Position numbers and translations under genes: made by a program. The notes below the pieces were generated by a model. It had not been told where the DNA came from. It saw nothing but the letters and a program-made list of their open reading frames with translations, and did no database searches. Below are positions 19,942-29,285 of a DNA stretch of 64,000 bases, in pieces. The DNA is from an uncultured Eubacteriales bacterium (GTDB taxonomy: Bacteria; Bacillota; Clostridia; RUG12999): positions 12,751 through 76,750 of the forward strand of contig CAZQDP010000001.1 in assembly GCA_964592375.1 (NCBI GenBank), given 5' to 3'. Numbering within the stretch: position 1 is the stretch's first letter; every line of letters begins with the position of its first letter.

Positions 19942-20406
19942 ATGCAAAATTTTAAGTACTTCTTCGTTTTCATTTTCGCACTCATTCTTGCGAGCAGTCT
20001 TATTTCCTGCGCAGGTATTGTGCAAAAAAAAGAGGCTAGGGGGATAGAGGGCAATGGCATAAGCGAAGGCGGCAGTGCGAAGGCACAGCAAAATGTGGAG
20101 GAGATAGTGGATGGTAATTTCAAATGGCCTACCAAAGAAATTGGCAATCTGCCTCGTCTAAAAGGGACAATCAATGGTATTACAAAGGAAGAGAACAGCT
20201 GCAATATCAGCATTGAAAATGTATCTGAACAGGATGCAGAAAAGTATATGGAGATGCTCAGAGGCAAATTTTCGGACACCAAAACGGAATATGCAACAAA
20301 AGGGGTAAGCCTGGTGTATATGGGTTCCGGCGCGGATTATGACGTGATGTTTACATATAGCTATGCGGATAAATTTTCCGTATTGATGCTTGCAAAAAAA
20401 AGTTAA
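19942..20406 (+). CDS. Hypothetical lipoprotein
   Basis: It has a signal peptide with the lipobox LISC. A sigma-A-like promoter (extended -10 TGGTATAAT near 19888) lies upstream, and it is 25 nt upstream of tyrS. Confidence 0.55.
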   Translation: MQNFKYFFVFIFALILASSLISCAGIVQKKEARGIEGNGISEGGSAKAQQNVEEIVDGNFKWPTKEIGNLPRLKGTINGITKEENSCNISIENVSEQDAEKYMEMLRGKFSDTKTEYATKGVSLVYMGSGADYDVMFTYSYADKFSVLMLAKKS

Positions 20407-20430
20407 ATTGATTGAAATGGAGAGAATATC

Positions 20431-21654
20431 ATGGTAAATGTTTTTGATGTGTTAAAAGAAAGAGGTCTGATTGCACAGACCACCCACGAAAAGGAAATTC
20501 GTGATCTTCTTGCGAGCGAAAAGGTTACATTTTACATAGGCTTTGACCCCACTGCGGACAGCCTGCATGTGGGGCATTTTCTGCAAATGGTGGTCATGCG
20601 CCATATGCAGATGGCCGGGCACAGACCGATTGCCATCTTGGGCGGTGGGACAACCATGGTGGGTGATCCCACGGGAAAGACAGATATGCGAAAAATGCTT
20701 TCACAAGCGGAAATCCAGTCCAATGCAGATAAGTTCAAAGTGCAAATGTCAAAATTCATTGACTTTTCGGAAAATAAGGCGCTGATGCTTAACAATGCAA
20801 GCTGGCTTCTGGAACTAAATTATGTGGATTTTCTGCGTGAGATTGGCGTACATTTCTCGGTCAATCGCATGCTTACATTTGATTGTTTTAAATCAAGGCT
20901 TGAAAAAGGACTTACTTTTATTGAATTTAATTATATGCTGATGCAGAGCTATGATTTTTTAAAGCTATTCCAGAATTATGAATGCAAGTTAGAGCTTGGC
21001 GGTGATGATCAGTGGTCCAATATTTTAGGGGGCATTGATCTGATTAGAAAAGTGGAAGGCAAAGAGGCCTATGGGATGACCTTTACACTACTGACCACCT
21101 CAGAGGGCAAAAAAATGGGCAAAACGGAAAAAGGGGCTGTATGGCTGGATCCGCAAAAGACCTCGCCATATGATTTTTATCAGTACTGGCGTAATGTAGA
21201 GGATGCGGATGTGATCAAATGCTTAAAGCTCATCACCTTTGTGCCAATGGCACAAATTGAGCAGCTTTCCGGCTTAGAAGGCGCAGGGCTCAATGATGCA
21301 AAAAAACTGCTCGCCTATGAGATTACAAAGCTTGTCCATGGCGCAGAGGAAGCGGATAAGGCAAAGGATGCCGCAGAGGCCCTGTTCGGAGGCGGTGGTA
21401 GTTTGGAAAATATGCCGACTACCCATGCAAGTGCGCAGGATTTTGCCGGGGGCATGAATATTTTGGATTTACTGGTTGCGACCGGACTTGCTCCTTCAAA
21501 GGCGGAAGGGCGCCGACTGGTGATGCAGGGCGGCATAGCGGTGGCAGGTGAAAAGGTTTCCGGCGTGGATTTTGCCATTTCCTCCGATTTGTTTGAAGAT
21601 GGGCAGCTCGTCATTAAAAAAGGTAAAAAAGTGTATCATCGGGTTGTGATATGA
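20431..21654 (+). CDS. tyrS: Tyrosyl-tRNA synthetase
   Basis: It has the HIGH motif (HVGHF), KMSKS (KMGKT) and a C-terminal S4 domain. Confidence 0.95.
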   Translation: MVNVFDVLKERGLIAQTTHEKEIRDLLASEKVTFYIGFDPTADSLHVGHFLQMVVMRHMQMAGHRPIAILGGGTTMVGDPTGKTDMRKMLSQAEIQSNADKFKVQMSKFIDFSENKALMLNNASWLLELNYVDFLREIGVHFSVNRMLTFDCFKSRLEKGLTFIEFNYMLMQSYDFLKLFQNYECKLELGGDDQWSNILGGIDLIRKVEGKEAYGMTFTLLTTSEGKKMGKTEKGAVWLDPQKTSPYDFYQYWRNVEDADVIKCLKLITFVPMAQIEQLSGLEGAGLNDAKKLLAYEITKLVHGAEEADKAKDAAEALFGGGGSLENMPTTHASAQDFAGGMNILDLLVATGLAPSKAEGRRLVMQGGIAVAGEKVSGVDFAISSDLFEDGQLVIKKGKKVYHRVVI

Positions 21655-22079
21655 ACAGGATAGGCAAGCATTTTATCAGAAGAATGATTGTACTTGCGTT
21701 GCTTACGGTTGTGATTGTGGCGATGTATGGTGCAATGAAAAAGAACGTGGAAAACACCGATGGCATTATGATAAAAAGCATTGAGCAAATAGGCCCGAGA
21801 GTGCAAATCAGCGGCGAGATTACCTCGCCATATCGCAGCTATGAAGGCGTTAGCTATACCAATCAAAACAATGCCACATACGTTAAAATTTATACTGTAT
21901 CTGCCATATGGGGCAAGCAAAAGGACTTTTCGCTCAGCGTTGCAGATACCACTAAAATATATTTAGTGGATGAGAAGAAAACCATTCGTATATGGGAGAA
22001 GGATGAGAGTCAAAAGATACCGCACGAATCACTTAGCGGAGAGATAATATCAGGCGAGGAGAAAACGGGTGAAGAGTAA
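21651..22079 (+). CDS. Hypothetical membrane-anchored protein
   Basis: It has an N-terminal TM helix and an acidic C-terminus, and overlaps the tyrS stop. Confidence 0.4.
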   Translation: MNRIGKHFIRRMIVLALLTVVIVAMYGAMKKNVENTDGIMIKSIEQIGPRVQISGEITSPYRSYEGVSYTNQNNATYVKIYTVSAIWGKQKDFSLSVADTTKIYLVDEKKTIRIWEKDESQKIPHESLSGEIISGEEKTGEE

Positions 22080-22575
22080 GCAGCTATACCAGCAAGCGTA
22101 TGCAATTTTAAATCATACAACGCCACTTTCGGTGGACTGCGGTCGTTTGTGTGAAAATGCCTGTTGCAAAAGTGATGGCGAAGAGGAGTGCGGAATGTAT
22201 CTGTACCCCGGTGAAACTGCAATGTTTCAAGGGCAAACGGATAATTTTAAAATAGAAAAATCGGACTTTACATGGGGAACAAAGAGCCGAAATGTACCCA
22301 TACTCTTTTGCAAGTCGCCATGCAACCGTCATTTTCGGCCACTGTCTTGCCGAATTTTTCCGCTAGTGCCATATATTGAGGGCGGAACACTTCGAATAAT
22401 GATGGATCCAAGAGGAAAAAGGGTTTGTCCTTTGGCAAAGGCAATGAAAACGCAAGATCTCTTGGAGCAGTTTGTTCATAAAGTGGAGGTTATTTTTCGA
22501 TTTTTCATAAAAGATTTGGAAATGCGTGCGTACATTGAAGAGCAGAGTAGACTCATTGATGAATGGGAGCTGTAA
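22069..22575 (+). CDS. YkgJ-family Cys-cluster (putative zinc/iron-chelating) protein
   Basis: It has the CGRLCENACC motif plus later cysteines (CKSPCNRHFRPLSC, C...C), and overlaps the upstream ORF by 11 nt. Confidence 0.5.
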   Translation: MKSKQLYQQAYAILNHTTPLSVDCGRLCENACCKSDGEEECGMYLYPGETAMFQGQTDNFKIEKSDFTWGTKSRNVPILFCKSPCNRHFRPLSCRIFPLVPYIEGGTLRIMMDPRGKRVCPLAKAMKTQDLLEQFVHKVEVIFRFFIKDLEMRAYIEEQSRLIDEWEL

Positions 22576-22586
22576 CGGAGGCACAC

Positions 22587-24638
22587 ATGGAACTGCTAAG
22601 TAGCGACATCAAGTATATAAAAGGGGTGGGCCAAGCTCGAGCAGGGCTATTGGCAAAAATGGGGATATTCACCATAGAGGATATGCTCTATTTTTTTCCT
22701 CGCTATGTTGAGGACAGAAGGCAGAGCACGGATTTATATATCATTCAAAGTGGAGAAAATATTTGCATTTCAGCCACGGTATGCTCACTTGTGGCAGAGC
22801 AAAGAACCAAAGGGAAAATGAAAGTATATAAAATGCTAATCAAAACAGACAGAGAAATGCTAGAAGCAGTATGGTTTAACAATGAGTATGTAAAAAAATA
22901 CTTTCAAATTGGGGATGCTTTTACTTTTTATGGCAAGCTGGAAACGAAATTTGGAAAATGGCAGCTTATTAATCCCACCTATGAAAGGGCAGGGGAGGAT
23001 ATACACACCGGAAGGGTTGTACCCGTGTATCATTTGACTGCAAATTTACATCAAAAAACCATCAGACAGATAGCAAGCGTATGCATTGAAACCACCAAGG
23101 GATGCCTAAGTGAATATATCCCCACAGGACTACTAACAAAATATGGCCTTTGTGAAATTAATTTTGCCATCGCTTCCATCCATTTTCCGAAAGACATGGA
23201 AGATTATGAACAAGCAAAACGCAGACTGGTTTTTGAAGAGCTTTTGTTTTTGCAAATCGGTTTATTTTATGTGCGTGCTAAAAGGCAACAAAAAAATGGT
23301 CCTCTGTTTCATGTGCAGGAAGTAATGATGCCATTTACTCAAAAACTGCCATTTACCCTCACCGGCGCACAGCATAAAGTGCTTCATGAAATCTACCGGG
23401 ACTTATCAAGCAAAAAGCCCATGAGTCGCATGGTGCAAGGGGATGTAGGCTCAGGCAAAACCATTCTTGCCTTTGGCGCCGCATATGCGGCCATGGAAAA
23501 CGGCTATCAGTCTGCATTCATGGTGCCAACGGAAGTGCTTGCAATGCAGCATTTTAATACGGCACTGACCCTTTTTCCGGAAGAGGCAGTGGCGCTGCTA
23601 ACGGGGAGCGTTTCAGGAAAAAGAAAAAAAGAACAAATAGAAAAAGTTGCAACCGGCCGTGCGAAGATTGTCATTGGAACACATGCACTGCTCGAGAACA
23701 ATATAGCATTTCAAAAATTGGGTCTTGTGATAACAGATGAACAGCATAGGTTTGGCGTTGCGCAGCGTTCAACCCTGATGGAAAAAGGGGATAACCCACA
23801 TTTGCTGGTGATGTCTGCTACGCCCATTCCTCGTACTTTGGCATTGATTTTATACGGCGATTTGGATATTTCCATCGTCGGCGAGCTTCCCCCGGGGAGG
23901 CAAAAGATAGATACTTTTGTGGTGGAAGAGAGTATGCGAAGCAGAATTTATGCGTTTATGAAAACACTTATTGATAAGGGCAGGCAGGTGTTCATCGTTT
24001 GCCCCATGGTGGAAGAATCTGAACTCGTGGATATCAAAGCCGCCACAACCTTGGCGGAAATCCTATCACAGCAGGTTTTTTCAGAATACTCGGTGCAAGT
24101 GTTGCATGGGAAAATGAAACCATCCGAAAAAAATGATATTATGCATCGGTTTTCCATGGGAGATATTCAGGTATTGGTATCCACCACCGTTATTGAAGTG
24201 GGGATTAATGTACCCAATGCCACGGTGATGATGGTAGAAAATGCAGAACGATTTGGTCTTGCACAGTTGCATCAAATCAGAGGCAGGGTGGGCAGGGGCA
24301 TTGACAAATCATATTGTATTTTGCTATGCGGCTGTGGCAGCAAGAAGGCGCAGGAAAGGCTAGATGTACTTGCCAAAACCAATGATGGGTTTGTGATATC
24401 CGAAAAGGATTTGCAACTGCGAGGGCCGGGAGATTTTTTAGGCACACGTCAGCACGGCTTGCCGGAACTGCGATTAGCAAATCTATTTTTTGATGCGTTA
24501 GCACTAAAAAATGCCCAGGAAGCAGCCGGCGAAATCATTTCAAATGACCCTATGCTAGAGCGCCCAGAGCATCAACTGCTTCGAAAGCGTACGGAGCGAA
24601 TGTTTGCAAGTAGCTTTGAAAGGGCAACCATTAATTAA
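22587..24638 (+). CDS. recG: ATP-dependent DNA helicase RecG
   Basis: It has an N-terminal wedge domain, the helicase Walker A GDVGSGKT, the DEQHRFGV box and C-terminal helicase motifs. The start at 22587 is set by RBS ACGGAGG; the ORF is open from 22563. Confidence 0.9.
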   Translation: MELLSSDIKYIKGVGQARAGLLAKMGIFTIEDMLYFFPRYVEDRRQSTDLYIIQSGENICISATVCSLVAEQRTKGKMKVYKMLIKTDREMLEAVWFNNEYVKKYFQIGDAFTFYGKLETKFGKWQLINPTYERAGEDIHTGRVVPVYHLTANLHQKTIRQIASVCIETTKGCLSEYIPTGLLTKYGLCEINFAIASIHFPKDMEDYEQAKRRLVFEELLFLQIGLFYVRAKRQQKNGPLFHVQEVMMPFTQKLPFTLTGAQHKVLHEIYRDLSSKKPMSRMVQGDVGSGKTILAFGAAYAAMENGYQSAFMVPTEVLAMQHFNTALTLFPEEAVALLTGSVSGKRKKEQIEKVATGRAKIVIGTHALLENNIAFQKLGLVITDEQHRFGVAQRSTLMEKGDNPHLLVMSATPIPRTLALILYGDLDISIVGELPPGRQKIDTFVVEESMRSRIYAFMKTLIDKGRQVFIVCPMVEESELVDIKAATTLAEILSQQVFSEYSVQVLHGKMKPSEKNDIMHRFSMGDIQVLVSTTVIEVGINVPNATVMMVENAERFGLAQLHQIRGRVGRGIDKSYCILLCGCGSKKAQERLDVLAKTNDGFVISEKDLQLRGPGDFLGTRQHGLPELRLANLFFDALALKNAQEAAGEIISNDPMLERPEHQLLRKRTERMFASSFERATIN

Positions 24639-24724
24639 CAATCCCAACACCACAAAGTCATCAAATTTTGCGATTAGATGATTTTTAAAACCAACACCCA
24701 TATCAATATTGTTCACTTTCACCA

Positions 24725-24753
24725 TTGACATTCATTGTATAATTGTATACAAT
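24725..24753 (+). promoter_or_regulatory. Sigma-A-type promoter (TTGACA, 17 nt spacer, TACAAT) with a 12-bp perfect palindrome ATTGTATACAAT overlapping the -10
   Basis: Read directly from the sequence upstream of the aconitase gene. Confidence 0.55.
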
Positions 24754-24779
24754 AATACAAAAAACAAGGAGAGGGTTAT

Positions 24780-26717
24780 ATGGGACTTAGCTTAGCTCAA
24801 AAAATCATTCAGGAGCATTTGGTTAGCGGTTCTTTGGCATGCGGTAGCGAGATTGCCATTCGTATTGACCAAACGCTCACACAGGACTCCACGGGAACAA
24901 TGGCATATCTTGAATTTGAAGCAATTGGATTACCTAGAGTGAAAACAAAGAAATCCGTTGCCTACATAGACCACAATACGCTGCAAGCAGGTTTTGAAAA
25001 TGCGGATGATCATCAATATATTCAAACCGTTGCTGCAAAGCATGGCATTTATTTTTCAAAGCCGGGCAACGGCATTTGCCATCAGGTACAACTGGAACGT
25101 TTTGGTGTTCCGGGCATGACCCTTCTGGGATCGGATAGCCATACGCCGACTGGTGGCGGTATTGGCATGCTTGCCATTGGTGCAGGCGGCCTGGATGTTG
25201 CGGTGGCCATGGGCGGCGGTGCATATTATTTGACCATGCCTCAAATTTGCAAAGTAAATTTGAAAGGCAAATTATCACCATGGGTCAGTGCAAAGGATGT
25301 TATTTTAGAGGTCCTGCGCATACTCAGCGTGAAGGGCGGCGTGGGCAAGGTAATTGAATACGGTGGTGAAGGCATTAGAAGCCTTAGTGTGCCCGAAAGA
25401 GCCACCATCACCAATATGGGTGCAGAGCTGGGTGCAACCACTTCAATTTTCCCAAGTGATGAGATGACAAAGCAGTTTATGCGTGCGCAGGGCAGGGAGC
25501 AAGACTGGATAGAACTCTTACCAGATTTGGATGCAAAGTATGATGAAGTGATTGATATTGATTTAGCCGCTTTGGTGCCGATGGCCGCCAAGCCTCACAG
25601 TCCGGACAATGTGGATGCAATTGAAAATATAGGCAAAATCAAAGTAAATCAAGTGGCAATCGGTAGCTGTACCAATTCATCGCTCATGGATATGATGAAG
25701 GTTGCTTCCATTTTAAAAGGAAAAACCGTGCATCCGGAAGTAAGCCTTGTCATTTCCCCAGGCTCGAAGCAGGTACTTACCATGCTGGCTCAAAATGGAG
25801 CACTTTCAGACATGGTAGCCGCCGGAGCGCGTATATTGGAATCTGCCTGCGGCCCTTGTATCGGTATGGGGCAGGCTCCTCAAACGAATGCAGTTTCTCT
25901 TCGTACGTTTAATCGCAATTTTGAAGGACGAAGCGGTACAAAATCGGCAGATGTGTATTTGGTCAGTCCAGAGGTGGCTGCGGTTTCAGCGCTTACTGGT
26001 GTGCTGAGCGACCCCAGAGAATTTGGCCCTGCACCAATCATTGAAATGCCAGGCCAATTCATTTTAAACGACAATATGGTGCTGAGTCCTGCACCGGAGA
26101 ATAATCAAATAGAAGTGATAAGAGGCCCGAACATTAAGCCATTTCCGGTGAATAGCCCCATGGAGAAAACCATGGAAGGCAAAGCACTGCTAAAGGTGGG
26201 GGATAATATCACAACCGACCATATTATGCCCTCCAATGCAAAGCTTTTGCCGTATAGATCCAATATACCGTACTTATCTGAGTATTGCCTTGTGCCTTGC
26301 GATCCGCAGTTTCCGACTCGTGCCAAAGAAAATGGTGGCGGCATCATTATCGGTGGATCCAATTACGGTCAGGGCTCTAGCCGTGAACATGCTGCACTTG
26401 CGCCCCTTTATTTAAAAATCAAAGCGGTGATTGCAAAATCCTTTGCCCGCATTCATATGGCAAACCTAATCAATTCCGGCATACTTCCTCTGGAGTTTGT
26501 AGATGGAAATGATTATGACAAAATTGATGAAATGGATATACTGAGCATTGAAAATGCGCAGCAGCAGCTAAAGGGTGGCGAAATCATTACAGTAAAAAAT
26601 ATGACAAAAGGCATCAGCATACAAACCAAAGCTACTTTGTCTGACCGGCAGCTTCAAATGATGCTTGTCGGTGGGCTTCTCAATTATACAAAGCGCTGCA
26701 GTGAAAACGCCAAATAA
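24780..26717 (+). CDS. Aconitate hydratase (about 645 aa clostridial-type aconitase)
   Basis: It belongs to the aconitase family and has Cys-ligand regions (SCTNSS, CGPCIG) and a swivel domain. It is followed by an isocitrate dehydrogenase gene. Confidence 0.8.
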   Translation: MGLSLAQKIIQEHLVSGSLACGSEIAIRIDQTLTQDSTGTMAYLEFEAIGLPRVKTKKSVAYIDHNTLQAGFENADDHQYIQTVAAKHGIYFSKPGNGICHQVQLERFGVPGMTLLGSDSHTPTGGGIGMLAIGAGGLDVAVAMGGGAYYLTMPQICKVNLKGKLSPWVSAKDVILEVLRILSVKGGVGKVIEYGGEGIRSLSVPERATITNMGAELGATTSIFPSDEMTKQFMRAQGREQDWIELLPDLDAKYDEVIDIDLAALVPMAAKPHSPDNVDAIENIGKIKVNQVAIGSCTNSSLMDMMKVASILKGKTVHPEVSLVISPGSKQVLTMLAQNGALSDMVAAGARILESACGPCIGMGQAPQTNAVSLRTFNRNFEGRSGTKSADVYLVSPEVAAVSALTGVLSDPREFGPAPIIEMPGQFILNDNMVLSPAPENNQIEVIRGPNIKPFPVNSPMEKTMEGKALLKVGDNITTDHIMPSNAKLLPYRSNIPYLSEYCLVPCDPQFPTRAKENGGGIIIGGSNYGQGSSREHAALAPLYLKIKAVIAKSFARIHMANLINSGILPLEFVDGNDYDKIDEMDILSIENAQQQLKGGEIITVKNMTKGISIQTKATLSDRQLQMMLVGGLLNYTKRCSENAK

Positions 26718-26735
26718 AGAAAGGAAGAAAATAAA

Positions 26736-27896
26736 ATGAACGATGCGATTAAAATTGCAACTGAAAAATTCTCGCTTCTTTTGGAGCAACAGCTTATGCG
26801 GGCGGAAAAAATCAAAATGGAGAAGGAATTTCTTGATTATGATAAGTTAGATACATTGATTATCGGGGTGACGGGGGGAGATGGCATTGGCCCTGCTATT
26901 ACCGGTCAGGGGCATCGGGTATTGGAGTTTCTTCTCCAAAATGAAGTGAAGGCCGGAAAGGTTGCTTTTAAGGTAATCGATGGACTTACCATTGAGCGTA
27001 GAGCGGCAGAGAATAAAGCCATCACCGATGATGTGTTAGCGGAGCTTAAAGCGTGTCATGTTATTCTCAAAGGGCCCACAACCACACCTCGCGCAGGCGA
27101 CCCATGGCCGAATATTGAAAGCGCCAATGTTGCGATGAGAAAAGAACTGGATCTGTTTGCCAATGTAAGGCCGGTGAAGGTGCCTGAAAAGGGAATAGAC
27201 TGGACATTTTTCAGAGAAAATACAGAAGGCAGCTATGCACTTGGCAGCAATGGCATACATGTGAATGAAGATGTTGCATTTGATTTTTGCGTAGCCACAA
27301 CGGAAGGCTGCGAGAGAATCGCAAAAGCGGCATTTGAATATGCAAAAAAAGCCGGCAAGAGTAGGGTGACTGCTGTAACCAAAGCAAATGTCGTCAAGAC
27401 CACAGACGGTAAGTTTTTAAATCTTTGCCAGAAGATATCGGCGCAGTATCCGGATATTGCATTTGATGATTGGTATATTGATATTATGACCGCCAAACTG
27501 ATTGATGAAAAAAGAAGAACCGACTTTAAGGTGTTTATTCTACCCAATCTCTACGGTGATATTTTGACGGATGAAGCAGCGGAATTCCAAGGCGGCGTAG
27601 GAACTGCCGGCAGTGCAAACATTGGCAAACGATATGCAATGTTTGAAGCCATTCACGGCTCTGCCCCGAGAATGGTAGACGAAGGAAGAGCGCAGTATGC
27701 AGACCCCTGCAGCGTGCTAAGAGCATGCGTGATGCTACTGGAGCACATCGGGCATGGAGATAAGGCTGCAAAGCTTGAGACGGCACTGGATATGTGCATG
27801 TATACTGAAAAGAAACTTGTTATTACGGGTAGGGATACGGGTGCGACCTGCTCGCAATTTGCCGATTATGTTATGGAAACGGTGCAAAAGCTGTAA
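26736..27896 (+). CDS. Isocitrate dehydrogenase (isocitrate/isopropylmalate dehydrogenase family)
   Basis: It has the family motifs GGDGIGP, NLYGDILTDEAA and GS..P, and is adjacent to the aconitase gene. Confidence 0.75.
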   Translation: MNDAIKIATEKFSLLLEQQLMRAEKIKMEKEFLDYDKLDTLIIGVTGGDGIGPAITGQGHRVLEFLLQNEVKAGKVAFKVIDGLTIERRAAENKAITDDVLAELKACHVILKGPTTTPRAGDPWPNIESANVAMRKELDLFANVRPVKVPEKGIDWTFFRENTEGSYALGSNGIHVNEDVAFDFCVATTEGCERIAKAAFEYAKKAGKSRVTAVTKANVVKTTDGKFLNLCQKISAQYPDIAFDDWYIDIMTAKLIDEKRRTDFKVFILPNLYGDILTDEAAEFQGGVGTAGSANIGKRYAMFEAIHGSAPRMVDEGRAQYADPCSVLRACVMLLEHIGHGDKAAKLETALDMCMYTEKKLVITGRDTGATCSQFADYVMETVQKL

Positions 27897-27932
27897 ACCA
27901 TGTAAGCTTCCATTATGGAAAGGATGGTTGAT

Positions 27933-28589
27933 ATGCCCCAAACCCAGGAAAACTTATCTTTAGGCAATCGGGTATTTGACCGACTGAGAGAACGGATTTT
28001 AGATGGGGAATTAGCTACCGGTCAGGGTCTTATCGAAGCTAAGCTATCGCAGGAATACGGCGTGAGCCGGACTCCTGTACGAGATGCGGTACATCGCTTG
28101 GAGCTCGAAGGATTGGTTAAAATTGTACCAAATAAAGGTGCCATTGTCTGTGGCCTTTCCGACAGGGATATTTTAGACATCTATCAAATTCGTATGAAGT
28201 TAGAAGCAATGGCGGCTTGCCTTGCTGCCCAAAACATCAACGAAGAAGCACTTATGCAGCTAAAGGAAAGCGTAGAGCTTTTGGAGTTTTATATCATCAA
28301 AGGAAATAGTGTGGGACTTGGCCTTTGTGATAGTAAGTTCCACAGAATCATATATGAAGCTTCCAAAAGCCGTCCGCTGGCGAGTACACTTAAAAATTTG
28401 CACAGCTATAGCAGACGAGCCGGGAAGGAATCCTTTCGAATAGAAGGCAGACCGGAAAAGGTTCTCACAGAGCATCGGCTGATTTATGAAGCCATTGAAA
28501 AAAGGGATCAGGAAAAAGCCCAGCAACTTGCTCAGGTGCACATTGAAAATGCCTTGGCAAGCTATAGCCGTCAGCTTGACATGAGATAG
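27933..28589 (+). CDS. GntR family transcriptional regulator with an FCD ligand-binding domain
   Basis: It has an N-terminal wHTH (SQEYGVSRTPVRDAVHRLELEGLV) and a C-terminal FCD-like helical domain. Confidence 0.8.
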   Translation: MPQTQENLSLGNRVFDRLRERILDGELATGQGLIEAKLSQEYGVSRTPVRDAVHRLELEGLVKIVPNKGAIVCGLSDRDILDIYQIRMKLEAMAACLAAQNINEEALMQLKESVELLEFYIIKGNSVGLGLCDSKFHRIIYEASKSRPLASTLKNLHSYSRRAGKESFRIEGRPEKVLTEHRLIYEAIEKRDQEKAQQLAQVHIENALASYSRQLDMR

Positions 28590-28637
28590 CATAACTTTGC
28601 GGATGCAACGATTATGGGTACAGAACGGAGGCTTTTT

Positions 28638-29285
28638 ATGGCTACACTTGGCAACAAAAAGGTTTCGGCTGTTGTGATTAGAAGATTACCTCGCTATTAC
28701 AGATATTTGGGGGAGCTTCTATCCAATAAGATTACAAGAATTTCATCGGCAGAGCTGAGCCGGAGAATGGGCGTTACTGCATCTCAAATTCGGCAGGACC
28801 TCAACTGTTTTGGGGGATTTGGTCAGCAGGGATATGGATATAATGTTGAAAACCTGTATATGCAAATGGGTAAAATTTTGGGTCTTTCGAAGAAACGCAA
28901 AATGATCATCGTCGGTGCAGGTAATTTGGGTCATGCCATTGCAAACTACGCCAATTTTGAAAAGCGTGGGTTTGCGCTCTGTGGTATCTTTGATAACGAT
29001 AAAAAGAAAACGCAAGGGGAAATTGCAGGCATGCAAATTCAGCATATCAAAGCGTTAGAGGCTTTTATCAAAGAGATGTCTGTGGATATTGCCGTGCTAT
29101 GTGTGCCGAAGCTATATGCACAAGGTATGGCAGAGAGGCTGGCAAGAGCCGGCATTAAAGGAATATGGAACTTTTCCTACACGGAGTTATTACCGCCACA
29201 GGGAGTGGTGGTGGAAACCGTACACCTGAGCGACAGTCTGATGACGCTGTCATGCAGAATAAATCAGGAGACGAATGAAACATGA
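28638..29285 (+). CDS. rex: Redox-sensing transcriptional repressor Rex
   Basis: It has the RLPRYYRYL wHTH motif and a Rossmann NADH-binding region (IVGAGNLG). Confidence 0.85.
   Translation: MATLGNKKVSAVVIRRLPRYYRYLGELLSNKITRISSAELSRRMGVTASQIRQDLNCFGGFGQQGYGYNVENLYMQMGKILGLSKKRKMIIVGAGNLGHAIANYANFEKRGFALCGIFDNDKKKTQGEIAGMQIQHIKALEAFIKEMSVDIAVLCVPKLYAQGMAERLARAGIKGIWNFSYTELLPPQGVVVETVHLSDSLMTLSCRINQETNET

Noticed and set aside
28590-28640. Rex operator (TTGTGAA-N4-TTCACAA) upstream of rex
   Set aside because: No dyad of that form is visible there. Isolated TTGTGAA half-sites elsewhere (for example ~2210 and ~30670) lack the partner half-site.
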